Positions 1 to 9,300 of a stretch of 64,000 nt of DNA are shown here, in pieces. The position numbers and the translations under genes were made by a program. The DNA lies in assembly GCA_963664225.1 (NCBI GenBank), contig OY760937.1:1504001-1568000 (forward strand), written 5' to 3'. How positions within the stretch are numbered: position 1 is the first letter of the stretch; the number at the start of each line of letters is the position of its first letter. The stretch is from Verrucomicrobiia bacterium. Its GTDB lineage: Bacteria > Verrucomicrobiota > Verrucomicrobiia > Limisphaerales > UBA1319. A model generated the notes under the pieces. It did no database searches, had not been told where the DNA came from, and saw only the letters and a program-made list of their open reading frames with translations.

Positions 1-721
1 AGTGCTTGTTCGAGTGCAAGCGCGCAGGATTTAGCAGCGAGCGACAGAGCTGGACTTTGGAAGCCGTGTTATTCGACTGGCACCCATTCTGGCCTGCCGG
101 TCGGACTGCAAGCATTCCACCGCGTCCGTAGGCGCTCAACAGTATGGACACGGGACAGAAACCGCGGCAAAACGAGCGATCCATAAAGAAAAGTCCGACA
201 GCAAACGCAATGGTCAGAGAGGTCCAGAGAAACAAGGACGTATAATGGGGCACGCGATGGATTTGTACGCCGGGCACGAGCAACTGCAAGAAGGCGAACA
301 AGAGAACCACCAAACCGCCTGAGGCCAGCAAACGAGGAAGCGGACGCTGGCTGATTCCGAGTTTTTGGCCCATCCGTTCCGCCTGGAAGGAAACCAACTC
401 AAGCGGACAAACGATGCACCAAACACGCCCCACCAGGAATGTCACCCAGACGATACCAGGCCACCATAGGCCCCACATCGCCAGGCTTACCAGGTTGGTT
501 TTGGCGTAAAGTTTGGCATTAACATCGTTCGGTGTGTAAAGGCCCCAACCCATGATCGCTAATGTAGTGAACACCAGCAGCAGCAGCATTTGCAGCATGG
601 AGGGAAATGCCGACGACCCCACAACGCTTCGGACCGCACGGTATTTCAGCAAATTGAACCCGTGATCGATTGCAGGATTGTTGGATAACCGTGACTTGCG
701 TTTAGTGATGGCGCTGAGCAT
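1..721 (-). CDS. NapH/MauN-like 4Fe-4S-binding membrane protein (partial, runs off left edge)
   Basis: Not in the ORF track. Manual translation from ATG at 721 gives TM segments and two CxxxCP motifs (GRVWCIVCPLE, RSFCRGFCPV); no stop before the edge. Confidence 0.8.
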   Translation of the reverse strand, partial: MLSAITKRKSRLSNNPAIDHGFNLLKYRAVRSVVGSSAFPSMLQMLLLLVFTTLAIMGWGLYTPNDVNAKLYAKTNLVSLAMWGLWWPGIVWVTFLVGRVWCIVCPLELVSFQAERMGQKLGISQRPLPRLLASGGLVVLLFAFLQLLVPGVQIHRVPHYTSLFLWTSLTIAFAVGLFFMDRSFCRGFCPVSILLSAYGRGGMLAVRPAGQNGCQSNNTASKVQLCRSLLNPARLHSNKH

Positions 722-798
722 TGGATTATATCTTGAGGGAGTGTGAATGACATGCCGACCGAAAGGCAATATTCCCAGTTTGAGTGATTGATTGGCTT

Positions 799-1602
799 TT
801 AGGCCCCGCCGGTTCCCTGGATTCCCCCGCATTCCGGACATTCAGGATTGCGGCTAATGCGTATGCGCCGATGGCTCATATTCGACAGGTTCATGGAGAG
901 TAATATGCTGTAAAGAGGTTCTCCAAGGTGGCTGATCACTTTGATCGCCTCCATTGCACCCAGGCAGGCGACGGAACCTGAAACGGCTCCAAACACAGGG
1001 AACTGTCGTTTCCATGCCTGTGGTTGTTCCGGATAAAGGCAGCGAAGGCACGGCGTTTTTCCAGGAACAAATGTCGTGATGTGGGTTTCCAGTCCATACA
1101 TGGCACACTCGATCATTGGTTTGCGCTGAAGCACGGCTTCTCGATTCATGGCGAAGCGCTCTTCGAACAGGGGTGCACAATCGATGACGATATCTGCTGA
1201 CGAAACAGCTTGAGCAGCATTTTCCGGCGAAATGTTTTCGTTAACCGCCACAATCTCAACATCAGGGTTCAATTCGTGGATTCGCCGGGCGATGGATTCG
1301 ATGCGCGGTTTTCCCAGCCAGTCACGAGTCATGAGCAGTTGACGGTTCAGGTCCCCTGGCATCAAGTTGCCGCCGTGGTAGAGCACCAAACGCCCCACTC
1401 CGGCAGCGGCCAATTCATACGCGACAAGGCCTCCCAAACCGCCGCATCGTGAAATGAGCGCGGAAGCATTTTTTAGCTTGCGCTGCCCCTCCTCACCAAA
1501 ACCCGGAATCCACATTTGCCATTCGTAAATGGCGCGATCAAGATCAGTGAGCTCCCTGGTCGGTTGTGGTGTCCCCCTTTTCAAATTCTTCAATGCGTTC
1601 AT
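799..1602 (-). CDS. hesA: HesA/MoeB/ThiF-family E1-like adenylyltransferase (HesA-like)
   Basis: CGGLGG nucleotide-binding loop, DLNRQLLMTRDWLGKPR, two CxxC Zn motifs; no MoeB/ThiF crossover-loop Cys after CLRC. Confidence 0.85.
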   Translation of the reverse strand: MNALKNLKRGTPQPTRELTDLDRAIYEWQMWIPGFGEEGQRKLKNASALISRCGGLGGLVAYELAAAGVGRLVLYHGGNLMPGDLNRQLLMTRDWLGKPRIESIARRIHELNPDVEIVAVNENISPENAAQAVSSADIVIDCAPLFEERFAMNREAVLQRKPMIECAMYGLETHITTFVPGKTPCLRCLYPEQPQAWKRQFPVFGAVSGSVACLGAMEAIKVISHLGEPLYSILLSMNLSNMSHRRIRISRNPECPECGGIQGTGGA

Positions 1603-1877
1603 CCTCCGGACATGGGTGGCATCAGCGCAACAACGTCTCCATTGTTTAGCGAAGGTGGATTCCTGATGAAAATCAGATCATTGTTAATGGCAATCAATAT
1701 GGATGGACGAATTTTTCCGTCCGGGCAAAAGACAAGATTCGCCAAGGCCGCCCCTCGTTTTTCCGCCGCGGTGGCGAGCAACTCGAGTAATGAGCAATTG
1801 TCAGCGACCGTGCAGGTCTCTGAATTTGTTCCTGCTGCCGCATTTGCCTGCGCAATATAGTCGATCGTGATTTTCAT
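1599..1877 (-). CDS. MoaD/ThiS-family ubiquitin-like sulfur carrier
   Basis: 92 aa, C-terminal GDVVALMPPMSGG; 4-nt overlap with the E1-like gene. Confidence 0.9.
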   Translation of the reverse strand: MKITIDYIAQANAAAGTNSETCTVADNCSLLELLATAAEKRGAALANLVFCPDGKIRPSILIAINNDLIFIRNPPSLNNGDVVALMPPMSGG

Positions 1878-1890
1878 AGAGAAGCGCGCA

Positions 1891-2283
1891 TTATTTCCAC
1901 AGAATCAGCAACCCGGCTCCGACAATGAACACGGCAAATACTTTTCTAAGAATCTCGGCGGAGAGTTCGAACGCAATGGAGCTGCCAATATTTGCCCCAA
2001 CCACGGCGGCGGCAGCCAGCACCGCGACGATCCATGGATTGATCTTGATTGTTGGGTTGAGGCAATACCGGGTTGCGGCCATCAACACCATGGGAGCCAT
2101 GACGAGCAGCGACATGGCCTGCGCGGTTTTTTGGGAGAACACCAGAAAGTAAACCAGCGCCGGGATCATGATTATGGCGCTGCCGACTCCCAAACTTCCT
2201 GAAATCGTTCCTGCCACAAGTCCGATCAGCACAACCCAAATCCATTGCAGTGCGGTAAGCGTTGTCATGTCCTCTCCTTCCAC
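1891..2283 (-). CDS. TauE/SafE (TSUP) family membrane protein, half-size
   Basis: GTISGSLGVGSAIIMIP and SQKTAQAMSL motifs; about 4 TM helices in 130 aa. Confidence 0.8.
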   Translation of the reverse strand: MEGEDMTTLTALQWIWVVLIGLVAGTISGSLGVGSAIIMIPALVYFLVFSQKTAQAMSLLVMAPMVLMAATRYCLNPTIKINPWIVAVLAAAAVVGANIGSSIAFELSAEILRKVFAVFIVGAGLLILWK

Positions 2284-2326
2284 GAGCTTCGCAAAGCCTG
2301 ATCCGTTCTGTTTATTTTTATCTTAT

Positions 2327-3064
2327 TCATAGCTGGTTTTGATTGGTTTCAGTATTGCATCGGACCGCAGCCAGGATTTCCGTCTCCGACGGCTCGCGCA
2401 GTGTTTTCTTCACGACAGGCACCAGTTCGGATTCACTCACACGCCCATCATCAAGGCGGAACAATACATCGGCCAGCCTGGCCGCCTCGCTGCGACGATG
2501 TGTAACGTGCAGGATGGTGATGCGAGTTTCACGTTGAACACGATGAAGCAAATCAGCCAGTGGCTCGCGCGTGCCGTCGTCGAGCGCGGAAAGCGGCTCA
2601 TCAAGCAACAACACGCGGGGTCGGAGCGCCAGGGCCCGCCCCAGGGCGACCCGCTGACGTTCCCCGCCGGACAGGCCAACTGGGAGGCGTTCCAGCAAGG
2701 ATCCAATCCCCAGTTGATGTGCCAACTCCGTCACCTGGCCCGATATTTCATCGGGTGGACGATGACGCACGCGCAGGGCAAATCCAAGATTCTCACGCAC
2801 GGTCATGGTGGAAAATAAAGCGCCGTCCTGCGGAACATATCCCAGCCCGCGTTCACCAGGCGCCAGATGCGTGACTTCCCGTTCTCCCAAGTGGACGCGG
2901 CCGACATTGGGACGGCGCAGGCCGCAGATGATTTCAAGCAACGAGGTCTTGCCCCCGCCCGTGCGCCCCATCAGCACGCCATAGCTTCCGGTTGGCACAA
3001 GGAACGAAATATTCGCCAGGGCAAAGGCGCCGGCACTCCATGCAATGTCTTCCAGACGAATCAC
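2327..3064 (-). CDS. modC: Mo/W oxyanion ABC transporter ATP-binding subunit
   Basis: Walker A GRTGGGKT, LSGGERQR signature, LLLDEP Walker B; coupled to the permease. Confidence 0.85.
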   Translation of the reverse strand: MIRLEDIAWSAGAFALANISFLVPTGSYGVLMGRTGGGKTSLLEIICGLRRPNVGRVHLGEREVTHLAPGERGLGYVPQDGALFSTMTVRENLGFALRVRHRPPDEISGQVTELAHQLGIGSLLERLPVGLSGGERQRVALGRALALRPRVLLLDEPLSALDDGTREPLADLLHRVQRETRITILHVTHRRSEAARLADVLFRLDDGRVSESELVPVVKKTLREPSETEILAAVRCNTETNQNQL

Positions 3065-3843
3065 AGGCGCTCCCCCACGAGGCGGACGGTGGCGAGCACC
3101 ACCGTGGCAAGCGCCACCATTACCAGGCTCACCGCAATGGCGGCTTCAAGATTGCCCACACTCAGTTCCAGCCAGACACTGGTCGGCAGGACCTCGGTCT
3201 TCATCCGTGTGGCGCCGGCGAACACCAGAATCGGACCGAACTCCCCCAGGCTGCGCGCCCAGGCAATACTCGCCGCGGCAAACATCCCGTGTCGCGCCGC
3301 CGGCAGCGTCACCAGCCAGATCGCCCGCGCCCTGGTGCATCCCAGTGTAAGGGCCACATCCTCCGGACGCGCTGACAGATGCTCAAACGTCCCTCGCATC
3401 GTGCGAACCGCGAATGCCGCGCCGATGACGAACTGAGCCAGCACGACACCGCCAATGGTGTATGTCAATGGCACCACACGTTCAATGAGATGGCCCGCCA
3501 TGGTCTGAAAGAAGATCAGAAGGCAAAGCCCCACAACCATGGGCGGCAGCACGATGGGAATGTCGAGCGCGGCATCCAGCCAGGCGCGGCCCGGGAAACG
3601 GCCACGTGCCAGCAAATAGCCCACGGGCACGGCAAGCAGCAACGACAGCAGAGCGGTGAGGGTGCAACTGAGCAGACTCAGCCCGATGGCGTAACGAATT
3701 TCCCGTGTCCGCAGCGCATGCCACAGATCCCCGGGCGAACTATGAACGGCAGTGGCGCCGAGCAGTGCCATCCAGAACAAAAGGTAACTCCCGGTGATGA
3801 CGCCGAGTGCCAGCCACAAAGGATCGAATTTGGGCCGGTTCAC
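3061..3843 (-). CDS. modB: Mo/W oxyanion ABC transporter permease
   Basis: DIPIVLPPMVVGL, EDVALTLG (EAA loop), WARSLGEFG motifs of ModB/CysTW-type permeases. Confidence 0.85.
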   Translation of the reverse strand: MNRPKFDPLWLALGVITGSYLLFWMALLGATAVHSSPGDLWHALRTREIRYAIGLSLLSCTLTALLSLLLAVPVGYLLARGRFPGRAWLDAALDIPIVLPPMVVGLCLLIFFQTMAGHLIERVVPLTYTIGGVVLAQFVIGAAFAVRTMRGTFEHLSARPEDVALTLGCTRARAIWLVTLPAARHGMFAAASIAWARSLGEFGPILVFAGATRMKTEVLPTSVWLELSVGNLEAAIAVSLVMVALATVVLATVRLVGERL

Positions 3844-5390
3844 TGGGAGGCCTGTTTTGGATCGGCTTCGTCCGCCAGAAGCCAGTCTGGCACCTTGATG
3901 TCGGCGCTCTTGATCGCAGATTCACCCCTCCAGCGAAAGCCTGCGGTTTCAAAGCGCGCCTGGTGGGCTCGGAGAGAATCCAGTAATCGGGTGGCAAGCT
4001 GGCGGTGCTGTGAATCCCCGCGCACACTAAACGGCTGCACTGCCTTGGCTCCGGGAAGGTCGAGTTCCAGATAATCGAGATGATTGCTTTGAGGAGCAGC
4101 GTTCACTTGATAAACGATCGCCGCGTCCAGGGCACCTGCACGCAGTTGATTGATTAGAAAGTCTGCCGTGGGCACCTGGACGACAACATTCTTCTGAACG
4201 TTGGTTTCCAGATTCACACTGCGCAAAAGGCCGCGAGTGATGAATCCAAGCGTGCTTTGCTGCGCATTGCAAACGCCAACACGAAGCCCGGGTTGAGCAA
4301 GATCGGACAGAGTGTGAACCTGGCGCGGATTGCCCTTTTGCACCGCCAGTCCAATGCCAGTTTCCGTCAAAACCACCGCCTCAGGGAAATACCGGGCAAC
4401 GGGTGGCACAAAGCAGAGGTCGCAGGCATAATAGGCGTCAGGAAACTTCGGACTGCTTGCTTCAGCCATGGCCTTCATGGAGGCGCACAGCACTCCGCAA
4501 CCGTTGAAGACGGTGGTGACCTCCGCGCCTTCACGGTCGGCAAACTCACGAAGCAAACCCTCGATGGCCGGACGATTCACACCGCCACTGTATAGAATGA
4601 GCTCAGGCCGGGCCGCCCACTGGTCGCCTGTCACCGGGGATAACCCGCTCGTCTTGAAAACCACGCCTCCCTTCTCTGGTGCCGCCAGGTAACGGGCGAA
4701 ACGCAGCGCGGCGGCAGACTCCTGGGCAAAGCTCAACACCGCCACACTGACATTTTCGACACGCGCGGACAGTTCGGGCGCCTCCACGGCCTCCAGTCCG
4801 GGGAACAATGCCACTGTGGAATTCCAGACAATCGCCACATCCACCGCTCCAAGTTTCAGATCGTTCGCGATGTCCGCAACCGTGGGTTTCGTCACCACGG
4901 CATGTTCCGCGAGCGCAGGGTAATTCGTTCCCAGCGCGGCCTTCGTCGCCCGTCCCACACTGGCCGCTTCGGGATTCGCAAGCGCCACGCGCACCCCGTC
5001 ACGCCGAAGGTCATCCAGTGTCTGGATGTGCAATGGGTTTCCAGCCCGCACTGCAATGACCGGATGCTGGCGGGCGAGCGGAATGACTTCTTTGATGACT
5101 TCATACTTGCGCGCGTCGGCAAGGGCGCCGTCATCCGCGGCAATGAACAGGTCGCCTTTCTTGGCAACACGTATGTTCGCGAGTAGCGTGCCGGTGCCCC
5201 CATACTGCAGTTGCACCTCCACACCCGTCTCGACACGGTACTGCCCGGCAATCGTCTCAACCGGTTTCTTTAAACCTGCCGCGCAATAGACAACGAGCGG
5301 ATCGTCAGCCGCTGATGCCGACAAAACAAAGGCGGCAAGCGTGACACTGCAGGCCACATGCTTCCATATTATTGTGCTTATTATTTTCAT
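3840..5390 (-). CDS. modA: Molybdate/tungstate-binding protein with two tandem ModA-like domains
   Basis: Signal peptide; domain 1 YCAAGL..YGGTGTL..GNPLHIQTLDDL; domain 2 YSGGVN..FNGCGVL..GNPRQVHTLSDL; 516 aa, about twice ModA length. Confidence 0.8.
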   Translation of the reverse strand: MKIISTIIWKHVACSVTLAAFVLSASAADDPLVVYCAAGLKKPVETIAGQYRVETGVEVQLQYGGTGTLLANIRVAKKGDLFIAADDGALADARKYEVIKEVIPLARQHPVIAVRAGNPLHIQTLDDLRRDGVRVALANPEAASVGRATKAALGTNYPALAEHAVVTKPTVADIANDLKLGAVDVAIVWNSTVALFPGLEAVEAPELSARVENVSVAVLSFAQESAAALRFARYLAAPEKGGVVFKTSGLSPVTGDQWAARPELILYSGGVNRPAIEGLLREFADREGAEVTTVFNGCGVLCASMKAMAEASSPKFPDAYYACDLCFVPPVARYFPEAVVLTETGIGLAVQKGNPRQVHTLSDLAQPGLRVGVCNAQQSTLGFITRGLLRSVNLETNVQKNVVVQVPTADFLINQLRAGALDAAIVYQVNAAPQSNHLDYLELDLPGAKAVQPFSVRGDSQHRQLATRLLDSLRAHQARFETAGFRWRGESAIKSADIKVPDWLLADEADPKQASQ

Positions 5391-5414
5391 ATATATAATA
5401 TTCTATTGATATAG

Positions 5415-6344
5415 TCAGTGCGTGTGATCCTTCGGCTTGATAACGACAGTCTCCGGCTTGAGCGAATCATCCGCCTGAACTGCGGAGCCGGACGCCAAAC
5501 CACGTGCAGCACCGGCTTTCTTCAATTCCACATCCCAATCCACGCGCATAAGGAGATCCCAACCAGGATTTTGAGATTTGACTTCGCAAGAGCAGGAGCC
5601 GAGGAGAAATCGTGTCGCTTCCTCGACGAATTCCTCGGTCAACCGGTCATGCGGCCAGGCGCCAAGCACCCGGCCGCGGCCGAAAACCACGGCAACGAAC
5701 GGTTCTTCGGAAGGAAATGATTTCAATCCCGCCGGTCCGGCAAGCAGCGAAAGGAGCCCTGCTTCACTGGCATCGGACCTCTTGAGGCGCAGCAGGGATA
5801 GCTGCACCTTGAGCTCCGGCCCGGGACCCAGCCGGCTTTCGGGATCGCCGGGATCCAAAGGGGGCAGGCCGGAAGCCGATTCAAGGAAGCGCAGGCGCCC
5901 TTCCAGCAAGCGGACTGCTGCTTCATTTCGTTCCCGATCACTGCCCTCGACGAGCACCCAAACTCCAGAATCACCGGCCAGGATTCGTCTTTTCAAATCC
6001 TGCCGGGCCGGCGAGTCTGTGAGAGTGCGATAAACCGCCGGGGTAAGTTCTCCCTCCCAAACAGGCGTCGCAGCGCCACGAACATGAGATGGAAAGAACA
6101 ACCGCGTCCCATTGGTCGAGACGGTGGTTTCCAGGTTCACGCCAGAGCTGCCGTTCAAATTCCGGAACTCCGCGGCCAGCGGTTCCGCATGCAGAACCGC
6201 TGCCGATGCCTCGAGTCGAAATGCGTCCGCCGGCCATCGATCCAACGCGTAGCGAAAGACTGGAATATCGCAGCCGAACACGGCTGGCATGCCGAGCATC
6301 AACGCTAGGGCAAGACTGGTGGTTTTGGAGGTTGTCCGTAGCAT
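5415..6344 (-). CDS. Exported hypothetical protein with N-terminal CxxPVFRYALDRW and CSC motif
   Basis: Signal peptide, CDIPVFRYALDRWPAD, GSCSCEVKSQNPGWDLL; overlaps the 3' end of the propeller gene. Confidence 0.75.
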   Translation of the reverse strand: MLRTTSKTTSLALALMLGMPAVFGCDIPVFRYALDRWPADAFRLEASAAVLHAEPLAAEFRNLNGSSGVNLETTVSTNGTRLFFPSHVRGAATPVWEGELTPAVYRTLTDSPARQDLKRRILAGDSGVWVLVEGSDRERNEAAVRLLEGRLRFLESASGLPPLDPGDPESRLGPGPELKVQLSLLRLKRSDASEAGLLSLLAGPAGLKSFPSEEPFVAVVFGRGRVLGAWPHDRLTEEFVEEATRFLLGSCSCEVKSQNPGWDLLMRVDWDVELKKAGAARGLASGSAVQADDSLKPETVVIKPKDHTH

Positions 6345-9300
6345 TTGATTTTTCCGTCTGTGGTTACAATAAAGATGCGGCCTTGGGCGACCGAGACGCC
6401 ATCCCAGACCGGCGGGCTGTCAATGGTAAAATCACGCGCGACCTGACCATTGCCGGAATTGAAGATTTTCACCAGCGCCCCGCGCTTGCCGCTCAAGCTC
6501 GCATCCTGTTCTTCCAGTTCCTTTTGAACGGTTGGATCCTTTTTGGTGAGCCTCTCAAACATTTGCTCTTCATTGACGAGATCCGGGGGGCCCGCAACGA
6601 CAAGGTTGGTGCCGGACATGGAAAAACCACGGGTCGAAATGGGGACATAGGCGGCCCAGTCGTATTTCACAAAGGTGCCTGCGCCAGCCTGGGCTTTGGC
6701 GGCTCCCGCACCACCGGCACGACGCGCCAACTTGTTGGTTCCACCGACAGAGGGCGTAGTCGCGTCCGGCGTGTTGGTCACCTGGCTGGCACCCTCTACC
6801 GCCGCCGCCGCCAGGGCTCCGGATCGATTTAAGTCACCCTGGTCCTGAGGCAGGGGAATTGCCGATGCAACGCCGGGGGCCGGATTTGTCGAACCAGCCA
6901 CAACGGGTGGAGTCAATTTATGAAACCACAAGGCCGCGCCATTCCTGCCCTTGCCCACATCCACTCCGGTGAGCACCCCATTGATGCCGTTGGTGGATTC
7001 GTCACGGGCGTCGTTGTTGTTGAAGGAATAGGCGACGACCGCATTACTGGCGGACCGGGCATCCGCCACCAGGGAACGAGCCTGAATTTCCTCCGTGCTG
7101 AGGGCGCGATAATAAATCGCAACTTCGTCAAGCAATCCCGCATAAGGATTGTTTTCCTCGTAGTCACCCACCGAGCCGGCGGAATCCACGCCGAACTCGA
7201 GAGGTTGAGCCGGCTTCGAATCGAGCAGGGAGGTGGCAGTGCCGGAGTTGACGAAATGGCCGTCCACGTAAAGACGAATGGCGCGGTCGGTATCCAACAC
7301 GGCCGCCAGATAATGCCAGCCTTCGCCAAGGGGTGAGAGGGCCGGCACCGATACGAGATCTCCCCCGTTGCGGATGTGAAAGACCGGGGTGCCATCACGC
7401 AAGGAGAGCGCATAACCGTAAGCTGGGCCGCCATGAGCGAGAATGACACCATTGGCGTTGTCCGGCAGAACCCAGGCTTCGACGGTAATCGCCTTGCCGG
7501 CTGGATTCAACCGCTCGTCATCAGGAAACCTGACGCCGGGAAAATCGACTTCAAGGTTAACCTGGGCGTTCGTGGCTCCCCCACCCTGGCGATTGCGCCG
7601 GTTGGCCGCCCTGTTCGGGGTTGCGAGTTGCGGTTTCACGTCCGGAGCCACGCGACTGGATGAGAACAACTGATTCTGCATCGTTGTTGTCCATTTGAGA
7701 TATTGCGGCTCCCGGCCATAACCGAAGACTTTCTCATTGTCGAACACCAGCATGCGCCCGGCGGGAGCATATTTACCGGCTTGATAGTAGCCGTTGTGGC
7801 CTCCGGCAAAGTTTTTGCCAAAGACCCAATAACTGCGATGGAAAAGCGCCTCGTCCAGAAAACCAATGGGCGAGAAGAGGTGAGCGCCTTCACCTTGTTG
7901 GGCGGCGCCCTGCTCCACCGCGTTGCCGGACACAGGGCCGATATCCACGCGTTTGCCGTCCGGGCCAATTTTCTGGCTGCGCAGGTAAGTCCATTTGCCA
8001 TCACTCACCAGGATGTCGTTCAGGCCAACCGGCATTTGCAGGGTCTTGATCCGCAATTGAAGATCGCCGCCGGTCTCGGGATCTGTCTTGTCGTAGAGTT
8101 GTTCCACCAGCTTGCTGCCAGTGGCGGCATCGAGTTTGAAAAAGCGCAAACCGCCATCGAGGAACACAGACCGGCCGGTCACAAAACTGACCTGGCCATT
8201 TTCCACCAGCACGCTGCCAGGCACCGGCCAGACACTCTCAAGTTGTTCAAATGCAAACAATCGCTGGTCGGGATAGGGTCGATAACGCCATGCCAGGACG
8301 CCATCCGTCGCACGCAACGCATAGACGCTGCCATCACGGCTGCCGAAGAGCACGCGGCCCTTCCAATAGGTGGGCGGCGAATCCACACGTCCACCCGTGA
8401 TGAAATGCCAGAGCGGCCTGCCACTGTTAAGATCGAGGGCGTAAATGGTGCCCGTGTCAACCTGCGCGACAAAGGCTTTTCCATTGGCCACTGTCAGCGC
8501 GCTTAATTGGCCGCCAAGAGGAATATCCCATGCCTGTGACAGATCCTCACTCAGAGACTGATCCGAGAAGCCGCTGCGTTGGCTGTCATGCCGATACGTC
8601 GGCCAGTCGAGCGGCCCTGGTTCGACTCCGAGCGGAGAGTCGTAAGCGGGTCCCCGTTCAAGCCTTTGATCGTCAGGCAGTAAATTGGCGGACTGGCTGG
8701 CACGGTGAGGAGCCAGGGCGTTGAGACCGTCCAGCTTCGCCTCGGGATAGCACGCGCAGTTGTGCGGCCCGGCATAGATCAGGCCGTTGGCGGGCATGGA
8801 ACCGTAAAGGCAGGCGGCGCGCACCCAGTGGTTAATCTCCCAGTGTTTGGCCCTGAAATCCACAAATTCAATTCCGGTGCGGGATGGGATGATGAAGCGT
8901 TCGGTGGCCTTGGCCATATAGCAGCGATGGTGAAACCAATAGGTGTCCACGTCGGGCAGAAACCGGCTCTTGATCTCACCCGTTTCTGGATCGCGGCCGA
9001 TGAATTCACCGGACATGTTTCCAGAAATCGTCGGCGCATTCCAGAGCAGCCCGCCAGCCAGAATCAAATCCTCCGGAGAGCGGTAGCCCGATTTGCTATG
9101 GGGCGCGGTCCACAGCTCTTTTCCACTTCTGGCATCGAAGCTTTTCATCGATCCGTCACCGCCTGCATAGAGGACCAGGTTGCTGCTCAGGAGCACCCGC
9201 GGGCCAAAGTTGTATTCGAAGAGCTGGCGTCTGCCAGCCGGTTGACTGGCCCAGAGCTGATCTCCGGTTTTCGGATCCAGGCTGACGAGCTTTTCTCCAT

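Noticed and set aside
5388..5416. TATATA-rich spacer before the ModA-like gene as a ModE box
   Set aside because: Lacks the flanking CG arms and a symmetric second half; may be just an AT-rich translation initiation region
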